Shown here: piece after piece, positions 21,003 through 28,738 of the stretch
Position numbering within the stretch: the stretch's first letter is position 1
Layout: each line of letters starts with the position of its first letter
Sequence record: DRR723986_18836
Direction: 5' to 3' (one strand)
DNA: 64,000 nucleotides
Position numbers and translations under genes: made by a program
The notes under the pieces: model-generated
The model's input: only the letters and a program-made list of their open reading frames with translations
Databases searched by the model: none
Told to the model about the DNA's origin: nothing

Positions 21003-22412
21003 TTATTTTAGTGTTGATGGACAAACAAAGTCCGTTGTTGGTAAATCGGTCTTTTTAATAGCACCAAATCCACCTGCTATATCAATTAAATTATTGAATC
21101 CTCTCGCTTTTAATATTGAAGCTGCAATTACAGATCTGTAACCACCAGCACAATGCACATAATATGTCTTATCCTTCTCCACGTCGTTCATTTGTTCGTT
21201 GATATAGTCTAAAGCAAAATGTTGCGCGTTTTCAAGATGAGATGCTGCGTACTCTCCATCCTTTCTAACATCTAAAATATTTATATCAGATGTCTGTGCG
21301 CGAGACGCAAATTCTTCTGCTGTAATAGATTCTAAACTGTCAATATCTTTACCTGCAGCGCTCCAAGCTTCAATTCCACCTTTTAGATAGCCTAAAGTAT
21401 TGTCGTAACCAACACGAGATAAGCGAGTTACTGCTTCTGCAGATTTTCCCTCTGGCACAACCAAAACGATAGGTTGTTTTAAGTCAGTAATTAAGGCACC
21501 TACCCAAGGGGCAAATTGACCGTTTAATCCAATAAATATGGAATTAGGGATATGACTTTTTATGTAGTTCGCTTGTGTTCTTACATCTAAAACCAATGCA
21601 GATTCGTGATTGGCTAAAGCTTCAAACTCTTCCGGATCTAATGGGTTATCACCTGTTTTAAGAATACTGTCAAAGGCATCATAACCCACTTTATTCATCA
21701 TAGCATTTTTAGCAAAATATTGTGGTGGTGGAGCGATACCATCAAGGACTTCTTTCACAAACTCATCCTTAGTCATATCCGCGCGCAACGCATAATTTGT
21801 TTTTTTCTGTTCACCTAGTATACCGACAGTTTCTTTACTTAAATTCTTGCCACATGCAGAGCCTGCGCCATGTGCAGGATATACAATAATATCATCTGAT
21901 AATGGCATTATTTTTTGTCGTAATGAATCAAAGAGCATACCAGCTAAGTCTTCTTCTGTTAAGTCTGATTTAATAGCCAGGTCTGGTCTGCCAACATCGC
22001 CTAAAAAAAGTGTATCACCAGAGAAGATAGCATGGTCTTTACCATTTTCATCTTTTAGCAAATAGGTCACTGATTCTAAGGTGTGTCCAGGCGTATGTAA
22101 AACTTTGATGGTTAATTTACCTAATCGTAACTCTTCACCATCTTTTGCAGAATGAATGTCATATTCTGTTTGTGCTCCAGGGCCAAATACAATTGTTGCA
22201 CCAGTTTTATTTGCTAAATCTACATGACCAGAAACAAAATCTGCATGAAAATGAGTTTCTAAAATGTATTTAATTTTAGCATTGTTTGCATTCGCTTTAT
22301 CCACATATTGTTGTGTTTCACGCAATGGGTCTATGATTGCAACCTCTCCTTCAGATTCAATATAATAAGCTCCTTGAGCTAAACATCCTGTATATAATTG
22401 TTCTATTTTCAT
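21003..22412 (-). CDS. MBL-fold persulfide dioxygenase fused to two rhodanese domains
   Basis: ETHFHADFVSG, HTPGHT, GDVGRPDL, HGAGSACG, active-site HCAGGYRS. Confidence 0.9.
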   Translation of the reverse strand: MKIEQLYTGCLAQGAYYIESEGEVAIIDPLRETQQYVDKANANNAKIKYILETHFHADFVSGHVDLANKTGATIVFGPGAQTEYDIHSAKDGEELRLGKLTIKVLHTPGHTLESVTYLLKDENGKDHAIFSGDTLFLGDVGRPDLAIKSDLTEEDLAGMLFDSLRQKIMPLSDDIIVYPAHGAGSACGKNLSKETVGILGEQKKTNYALRADMTKDEFVKEVLDGIAPPPQYFAKNAMMNKVGYDAFDSILKTGDNPLDPEEFEALANHESALVLDVRTQANYIKSHIPNSIFIGLNGQFAPWVGALITDLKQPIVLVVPEGKSAEAVTRLSRVGYDNTLGYLKGGIEAWSAAGKDIDSLESITAEEFASRAQTSDINILDVRKDGEYAASHLENAQHFALDYINEQMNDVEKDKTYYVHCAGGYRSVIAASILKARGFNNLIDIAGGFGAIKKTDLPTTDFVCPSTLK

Positions 22413-22486
22413 AGTAAAAATTCTATTTTAAAGATAAGAAAAAACTACTTATTCGTTAATTATATGTCTAAGTTGTTGGTCGAAAT

Positions 22487-22903
22487 TTAATGCGGTAACT
22501 TACGTCTTATTATGCCATAAAAATAAGTGCCTGCAATAGCTGCTATTATTACTATTAGCATTGAGAATACTCCAGTACCAACCAATATGTACATTGGTCC
22601 TGGGCATGCGCCACAAAGCGCCCACCCTAATCCAAAAATACTACCTCCTATAATATACCTTTTAAATCCTTTATCTTTTAAGGGCACTCTTAAATAAGTT
22701 CCCTGAGTTGTTTTAACGTGAAGTTTTTTAGAAATCAATAATAAAAGTACACCAGTAAAAACAGCGGATCCAATTATTCCATACATGTGAAAAGATTGAA
22801 ACTTAAACATTTCAAAAATTCTATACCATGATACGGCTTCAGATTTTACAAGTACAATTCCGAAAAAAACACCTACTAAGAAAAATTTTAAAAACTTTGT
22901 CAT
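22487..22903 (-). CDS. YeeE/YedE-family sulfur transporter subunit
   Basis: GGSIFGLGWALCGACPGP. Confidence 0.88.
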   Translation of the reverse strand: MTKFLKFFLVGVFFGIVLVKSEAVSWYRIFEMFKFQSFHMYGIIGSAVFTGVLLLLISKKLHVKTTQGTYLRVPLKDKGFKRYIIGGSIFGLGWALCGACPGPMYILVGTGVFSMLIVIIAAIAGTYFYGIIRRKLPH

Positions 22904-22904
22904 C

Positions 22905-23462
22905 TTAAAAGAGTATTGGATATATTAAATGAATCATTATTAAACCACCTATAAAAAAGCCAATTACAGCAATTAAGGATGGTAATTGAAGGCTGCTTAA
23001 ACCTGTAATGGCATGTCCTGAGGTACAGCCACCAGCATAGCGTGTACCGAAGCCTACAAGGAATCCTCCGATAATTAATATCAGCATTCCTTTAAGACTA
23101 AAAACAGCTTCCCAACTAAATAATTCTGGAGGCAATAAACTCTGACCTGTATTTGTAAAACCAAGAGCATTGAGATCTCTTACTGTATTATCACTAAGAT
23201 TAATATCAATAGGATTAGATAAGAAAAAATGCGCAATAAAACCACCAAGTATCGCTCCTAGCATAACTATGAGGTTCCATTTTTGGCTTTTCCAATCGAA
23301 CTTAAAAAATTCTGAATGCCTCCCAGCGCCACCTATGGCACAGATAGTTCTAAGATTTGACGACATTCCGAAAGTTCTACCAAAATAGAGTAGCAAAAAC
23401 ATTACTAGCGCAATGCATGGGCCAGAAATGTACCAAGGCCAAGGTTCTTTAATGAGTTCCAT
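22905..23462 (-). CDS. YeeE/YedE-family sulfur transporter subunit
   Basis: GFGTRYAGGCTSGHAITG. Confidence 0.9.
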   Translation of the reverse strand: MELIKEPWPWYISGPCIALVMFLLLYFGRTFGMSSNLRTICAIGGAGRHSEFFKFDWKSQKWNLIVMLGAILGGFIAHFFLSNPIDINLSDNTVRDLNALGFTNTGQSLLPPELFSWEAVFSLKGMLILIIGGFLVGFGTRYAGGCTSGHAITGLSSLQLPSLIAVIGFFIGGLIMIHLIYPILF

Positions 23463-23509
23463 ATAATGATTCTAAAGTTTAGATAATTTAAGGATGAAAA
23501 TATAAAAAC

Positions 23510-24145
23510 CTAAAAGTCTATGACATGAATTTTATTTCTGCCAAGAGCAATACGTTCTTCATTCTCTAATTGTTTTAATAATCTTGAAACTACAACACGC
23601 GATGTGTGTAAATCTTCAGCTATTTCCTGATGTGTGATTTCCAGATTTGTAGATGCAGAAAGCTTTACTTTGTCTGTCAGGTATTTAAATAGGCGTTCAT
23701 CCATTTTCATAAATGCCAGCGTATCTATAGTTTCTAGCATTTCGTCAAATCTGATCTGGTAACTTTGAAGTATAAAACTTCTCCAACTATCGTTATTATC
23801 AAACCATTTTTTCATATCGGAAATAGGAATCATGATAACCGTAGTATCTTCATCTGCAATAGCTCTAATTTTACTTACGGATTTTGCCATACAGCAAGTG
23901 AGAGACATAGCGCATGTATCACCTGTTTCTAGGACATAGAGCAGTAATTCGCTACCATCGCTATCTTCTCGCAGTACTTTTATATTTCCCTTTATTAGCA
24001 GAGGAACATAATTTAGTTCTTGACCGATATCTATAATAATATCATTTTTATTGAAAGTTCTGAGTTCTGCGACCTCAGAAATATTGTTGATCATAGTATC
24101 ATCGAACAAATATGAAAATGGAAGTAATATCTCTTTTGCAATCAT
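23510..24145 (-). CDS. Crp/Fnr-family transcriptional regulator
   Basis: GDTCAMSLTCC, HTH THQEIAEDLHTSRVVVSRLLK. Confidence 0.93.
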   Translation of the reverse strand: MIAKEILLPFSYLFDDTMINNISEVAELRTFNKNDIIIDIGQELNYVPLLIKGNIKVLREDSDGSELLLYVLETGDTCAMSLTCCMAKSVSKIRAIADEDTTVIMIPISDMKKWFDNNDSWRSFILQSYQIRFDEMLETIDTLAFMKMDERLFKYLTDKVKLSASTNLEITHQEIAEDLHTSRVVVSRLLKQLENEERIALGRNKIHVIDF

Positions 24146-24183
24146 AATTCAAAAATAATCAATTAGAATTTTGAAATAAATAG

Positions 24184-24216
24184 TTTGGTTGTTTTTTAAT
24201 AAAAGTATTATATTTG
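24184..24216 (+). promoter_or_regulatory. Promoter of tRNA-Arg
   Basis: TTTG (24184-24187), 21-nt spacer, TATATTTG (24209-24216); matches the Bacteroidota -33/-7 consensus. Confidence 0.75.
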
Positions 24217-24232
24217 CACCCACTTAAAAAAA

Positions 24233-24309
24233 GGCCTCGTGGCGCAACTGAATAGCGCATCTGATTACGGCTCAGAAGGTTACAGGTTTGAATCCTGTCG
24301 AGGTCACCA
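24233..24309 (+). tRNA. tRNA-Arg (ACG)
   Basis: Acceptor stem GGCCTCG/CGAGGTC, anticodon arm TCTGA-TT-ACG-GC-TCAGA, T-arm ACAGG-TTTGAAT-CCTGT, encoded CCA. Confidence 0.96.
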
Positions 24310-24313
24310 AAGC

Positions 24314-24351
24314 AAAATCCAATTAACTGAAATTAAGTTAGTTGGATTTTT
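24314..24351 (+). terminator. Terminator-like hairpin after tRNA-Arg
   Basis: AAAATCCAATTAACT...AGTTAGTTGGATTTT. Confidence 0.65.
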
Positions 24352-24389
24352 CATTTTCAAAAGTGTGTCATTTTTTGTGTAACTATTTA

Positions 24390-24662
24390 CTAAGACCTAT
24401 TTTGGGCAAAGTAAGCGTATTGTCTAAGTGCAGACTTGTAATTTGATATTGATTTGTCACTTCTCAATCCTTTTAACCTAAGAGCGATTTTTAATACGCA
24501 ATCCTCATTAAAACAATTTGATGGTGTGATATCTTCTCCAATTAATTTGGATACAGTGTTAAGGTATGAAATATATGAATCAACAGAGGAAGCCACAAAA
24601 TCATTGCTGCCAACACCATTTTCAATTACCCATTGGCGGTAACTATTTTCGTATTTTATCAT
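24390..24662 (-). CDS. Small hypothetical protein, possibly related to integrase core-binding (SAM-like) domains
   Basis: 90 aa from MIKYENSY; helical pattern SSVDSYISYL...KSISNYKSALRQY..F. Confidence 0.6.
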   Translation of the reverse strand: MIKYENSYRQWVIENGVGSNDFVASSVDSYISYLNTVSKLIGEDITPSNCFNEDCVLKIALRLKGLRSDKSISNYKSALRQYAYFAQNRS

Positions 24663-24839
24663 AAATGGATTCTTTTTTAGACAAATAAAAGTTCTATTTA
24701 TTCTCAATTGAAGCAAACAAGATAATTGATGAAACAATTAATTTTTTTAGGTGGGGGTATTCGAAATTTTACCTAATGTGGGGGTGGTCTAAATTAGGTT
24801 ACTTTGTGCAACCTGTAAACGAGCTTAAAAAAAATATTT

Positions 24840-25475
24840 TTAATTATTTTTTATCAATTTATCACACTTTATTTGTCTGAGCCGTTTCTTTCCATCCCTT
24901 TCAATTAAACAAACTGCATATCGTAAACAATGTGAAACGTATCCATTCTTCACCTTCTCTACATCTCCTAAGTCAATGTTCCTTTTTTTGAACTCTTTGA
25001 ACAGATAATGTAGAAATAAGCTTCGTTGATAAACCCAACCAGCATTACAAACATCACCATTAAACATGTTGACTAGTTCATAGTCAGATAGATTTGAAAA
25101 GTCATAAGTGTGATGTTTTGTAATAACAACTTCTTTAATCTCATTAATAGTTTCTTTGGACAATGAACTTTTCAAAGGAATTAATAAGAGTAATTTAGAT
25201 ACTGTTTGAATACTAAAGCTTCCTTTTTTATTATTGATAGCGTAAGAGGCTCCAGTACAATAATTGTCAGCATCAAAGTAAACTATTTGGTAGTCTTCAG
25301 GTTGAGAGAAATCCAGAAAAGTGTTTAAGCTTGCATGTGTAAAATGCAATAAATTAATACCCTCCTTTAAGAACGAATGGTTAATTTGAATTGAAGGTTC
25401 CTTTACAATTTTGATAGTTGCATGTAAAGTAAATGGTTCGAGCTTCTTGCAATGAATTTTAATTATATTTTTCAT
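24840..25475 (-). CDS. Hypothetical protein (islet cargo)
   Basis: 211-aa ORF with ATG start and a promoter-like element upstream; no recognised motif. Confidence 0.65.
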   Translation of the reverse strand: MKNIIKIHCKKLEPFTLHATIKIVKEPSIQINHSFLKEGINLLHFTHASLNTFLDFSQPEDYQIVYFDADNYCTGASYAINNKKGSFSIQTVSKLLLLIPLKSSLSKETINEIKEVVITKHHTYDFSNLSDYELVNMFNGDVCNAGWVYQRSLFLHYLFKEFKKRNIDLGDVEKVKNGYVSHCLRYAVCLIERDGKKRLRQIKCDKLIKNN

Positions 25476-25698
25476 ACAAATAAGATTTAGTTAAATAATC
25501 ATCATTTGTGTTTCTCTAAAGCAATAGGATAATGTCGTTTATTTTGACTTTTAGTCCGTATTGTTTTGCCACCGTGGTGTCTTCACTCGGTTGGCACCCA
25601 TTTAAGGGTTCGAAATACAATTCAAAAATAATTAAAATTTAAATAAGTTTCCTTTTCAAATCAATTAACATATTTTTAATAAGACAAAAATTATAAAA

Positions 25699-25800
25699 AT
25701 GAATAATAATTATATCGGAGTTGGTATTCTTGTTGGAGCGGCAGCAGCCTTTTCAATTTTTATTTGGAATTCTAATAAGGTCTCGAATGAATACTACAAT
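25699..25800 (+). pseudogene. Probable 5' fragment of a membrane protein gene
   Basis: Good start context and one transmembrane helix; the reading then runs into a repeat/hairpin region. Confidence 0.4.
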
Positions 25801-25810
25801 AAGAAAAAAC

Positions 25811-25944
25811 GCCAAGCTTGCTTGAGCGTTTTTTTGTTTTTAGTATTTTCAAAGCGGAATTTAAAGGATACGAAAGCAAACCTGTAATTCTGCTTTGTTT
25901 TACAATGAAGTGTAACAAGCCAAGCTCGCTTGAGTGTTTTTTTG
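25811..25944. repeat. Two 26-bp imperfect palindromic direct repeats flanking hairpins
   Basis: GCCAAGCTTGCTTGAGCGTTTTTTTG (25811-25836) and GCCAAGCTCGCTTGAGTGTTTTTTTG (25919-25944); 24 of 26 bases identical. Confidence 0.8.
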
Positions 25945-25972
25945 ATAAAAATCCAAAGTGAAGAATTAAATT

Positions 25973-26146
25973 TTACCAGTCCGTAGTGGGCTTATCTGAT
26001 AATGCATTCATAGTTACATAGGCACGCCAGCCTATTATGGTAAGTTGTAATTTAGAAGCTTTGCTTAGGTCTAATTGTTTTTTAGTGTAAGAAGGTAAAA
26101 TAGCTTTATTGAATTTTGCTAAAGCCCTAAAGATTTTTGTTTTCAT
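25973..26146 (-). CDS. 57-aa small flavobacterial protein (family often labelled 'SsrA-binding protein', not SmpB)
   Basis: Hand translation MKTKIFRALAKFNKAILPSYTKKQLDLSKASKLQLTIIGWRAYVTMNALSDKPTTDW*; below the ORF-track cutoff. Confidence 0.75.
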   Translation of the reverse strand: MKTKIFRALAKFNKAILPSYTKKQLDLSKASKLQLTIIGWRAYVTMNALSDKPTTDW

Positions 26147-26227
26147 TTTTTAAATGCTAAATCTTTAGCAAAAATAGTAAAACTTATTCTAGAACTAAGT
26201 TTTACATTTTTGATTAGTGGGTTTAGA

Positions 26228-26278
26228 TTAGACTATTGAAAAAATAATGTCAATAATCAGTTTTGCTAATGTCATCAT
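26228..26278 (-). CDS. Candidate 16-aa hydrophobic peptide
   Basis: MMTLAKLIIDIIFSIV*; A-rich start context and a -33/-7-like promoter upstream. Confidence 0.45.
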   Translation of the reverse strand: MMTLAKLIIDIIFSIV

Positions 26279-26708
26279 AATTTTAGTGATTTAGAGGTTA
26301 ATAATTTACTTTGTTTTGTTGATTGAGTTTTCAATATATATGGTTTGTAAATATTCCTCCAAATGATTTTATTAAAATCGACGAAATTGCATTTAATATT
26401 ATAAGTAAAAAAATATAAAAGGTTATAAATATTTGTAACTAGTCTATAAATAAGTTAATAAAAATAACTTTATATGCTTATTATGATTTCAGATTATAAT
26501 ATTTTAAGGGCTATTTTAAGGGTGTTTTTAAAAACGTAGAGGCAATTCATCTTAAAATTATTGATTTTTAAGCTTTCTGTCTTTTTGCCAAACTAAAAAG
26601 ATGATAAATATCATGCTGTATTAAGATTAATTTTTGTAATTATTTATACTTATTAGTGTTCTTACAATTAGGTTATTTTTAAAGTTATCTTTGTAAAAAA
26701 CACACATC

Positions 26709-28679
26709 ATGAAATTTATAACAATCCTATTAACCTTACTTACAACCTCTGCTAGTTGGTCTCAAGTATTAGTGATAAATGAATTAGACGCAGATTCACC
26801 AAGTACGGATACTAAAGAATTTATAGAGTTAAAATCTGAAAACCCTAATTTTTCTACTGATGGATATATTTTGGTGTTTTTTAATGGTTCTGATAATGGT
26901 GCTGATTCTAGTTATTTGGTTATTGATCTCAATGGGTTTCAAACGGATAATAACGGATTACTAGTAATTGGTAGTGCTGGTGTGTCGCCTTTTCCTCAAG
27001 TGTTAGTGTCTGAGAACATAATTCAAAACGGTGCGGACGCTGTTGGTATTTATCAAGCATTAGTTACTGATTTTTCTGAAGGCACTTTAGCAACACAAAC
27101 AAATTTAATAGATGCTATGGTTTATGGTACCAATGATTCTGAGGATTCAATGCTCTTGGCACTTCTTGGTGAAACTACCCAATACAATGACAATGGTACC
27201 AATGCTAACCCAAGGTCCATCCAACGCTATGTAGATGCTAATGATATTGAAACTTATTCTACTGCTACACCAACACCAAGACGTGAAAATGATGGTTCTG
27301 GCAATGTTATAAACCCTATAGAAATAACAGTTTCACAAACGCAATACGACGAACCGTCTGTGTTTGATATTACATTTACTTCTGAAATCACTATGACTTC
27401 AGATTTAAACTTCACAATAAGTCTCGATAATTTAGGTTTTAATGCATCGGACTTTACGGGTAATACTAGTTTAACTATACCAAATGGTACCATAACTACA
27501 AGTACAACTATTACTATCCTAGATGATGCGGATGACGAAGGTGATGAGGTGATGCAAATTCAGTTTTTAGACCTAATAGAACCCATTGTTCCGGCTAATA
27601 ATTTTGTTGAAGTTAGAATAGTTGATAATGATTTTACAATGGCACCGTGGGGAAAACCAACAACTCCAACCTTTGGAGTTGTTTCAAGCACCCAACCAAA
27701 TGGGTATTATGATACTATAGAAGGATTAGCTGATACGCAGCTTAGGCAAGCTTTGCAAGATATAATAGCGGATCCTGCAACCGTTAGAGCTCAAACCTAT
27801 GCAGATGTCATCGATATTTTAAATGAAGCTGATCAAAACCCTGAAAATAGTAATCAGGTTTGGTTAGTCTATTCTGAAGAAGGTAGGGCAAAATTAGATT
27901 TACAGACAGGATCAAGTAATACAGGAAAATGGAATAGAGAACACACATTTCCGCGTTCTAGAGCTGGTTTTAATGATATTGAAGAAGATGAAATTGCCGA
28001 TGGTATTGATACATTCTGGACAACAAAGGCAGATTCATTGCGTCACGGAAATTCTGATGCACATGCCTTAAGAGCTGCAGATGCAGCAGAAAATAGTTCT
28101 CGTGGTAATAAGCACTACGGAGAATATAACGGACCAAATGGCACTTTAGGAAGTTTTAAAGGAGATGTTGCACGTAGTGTTTTATATATGGAAATTAGAT
28201 ATAATGGATTGCAAATTGTTAATGGTTTCCCAGCTTTAGAATTTCCTGTGACAGGCGAACTAGGCGATTTAGCCACTTTATTGGATTGGCATAGAAATGA
28301 TCCACCAGATGATTATGAAATGAATCGCAACAACATTGTTTTTAATTGGCAAAAGAATAGAAATCCGTTTATAGATATGCCGCTTTTGGTAGAATATATT
28401 TGGGGAAATAATGTTGGTGAGACTTGGTCTAATCCACTAAGTATAGATGAAGATAATTTCAATGAGGTTATTATTTATCCAAACCCAACCAAAGGTGAAG
28501 TTTATATATCTGGTTTAGACAGTTTTGTGAAATGTGATATATATTCTATGGATGGTAGGCATATAGCACATTATAATAAAGTAAGAGATCATATAGACTT
28601 AAAACTACCTGTTGGGTTATATATTTTAAAATTAACTCATAATGGTACGGAAGTCATTAAGAAAATAATAATTGATTAA
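26709..28679 (+). CDS. Secreted endonuclease I family nuclease with T9SS type A sorting domain
   Basis: Signal peptide, VINEL (lamin-tail-like), WNREHTFP, KGDVAR, QKNRNPFID, IYPNP CTD. Confidence 0.92.
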   Translation: MKFITILLTLLTTSASWSQVLVINELDADSPSTDTKEFIELKSENPNFSTDGYILVFFNGSDNGADSSYLVIDLNGFQTDNNGLLVIGSAGVSPFPQVLVSENIIQNGADAVGIYQALVTDFSEGTLATQTNLIDAMVYGTNDSEDSMLLALLGETTQYNDNGTNANPRSIQRYVDANDIETYSTATPTPRRENDGSGNVINPIEITVSQTQYDEPSVFDITFTSEITMTSDLNFTISLDNLGFNASDFTGNTSLTIPNGTITTSTTITILDDADDEGDEVMQIQFLDLIEPIVPANNFVEVRIVDNDFTMAPWGKPTTPTFGVVSSTQPNGYYDTIEGLADTQLRQALQDIIADPATVRAQTYADVIDILNEADQNPENSNQVWLVYSEEGRAKLDLQTGSSNTGKWNREHTFPRSRAGFNDIEEDEIADGIDTFWTTKADSLRHGNSDAHALRAADAAENSSRGNKHYGEYNGPNGTLGSFKGDVARSVLYMEIRYNGLQIVNGFPALEFPVTGELGDLATLLDWHRNDPPDDYEMNRNNIVFNWQKNRNPFIDMPLLVEYIWGNNVGETWSNPLSIDEDNFNEVIIYPNPTKGEVYISGLDSFVKCDIYSMDGRHIAHYNKVRDHIDLKLPVGLYILKLTHNGTEVIKKIIID

Positions 28680-28683
28680 TTTG

Positions 28684-28725
28684 TATTAAAAAAGCCAAAC
28701 TAAAATTAGTTTGGCTTTTTTAATA
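28684..28725. terminator. Bidirectional terminator
   Basis: TATTAAAAAAGCCAAACTAA...TTAGTTTGGCTTTTTTAATA. Confidence 0.85.
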
Positions 28726-28738
28726 TTGCATGTTAGTA

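Larger units (their letters stand above)
24310..25950. mobile_element. Probable remnant of a tRNA-integrated genomic islet (no integrase retained)
   Basis: Orphan ORFs directly 3' of tRNA-Arg, one apparently truncated; no att duplication found. Confidence 0.5.

Noticed and set aside
25540..25612. c-di-GMP-I riboswitch or retron msr/msd
   Set aside because: GGCAAAAC alone does not give the GEMM two-stem architecture, and no reverse transcriptase is nearby.
25786..25800. att-site duplication of the tRNA-Arg 3' end
   Set aside because: Only AGGTC (5 bp) matches, which is expected by chance.
25811..25944. Mini CRISPR array
   Set aside because: Only two repeats, an 82-nt self-structured spacer, terminator-like T-tails and no cas genes.
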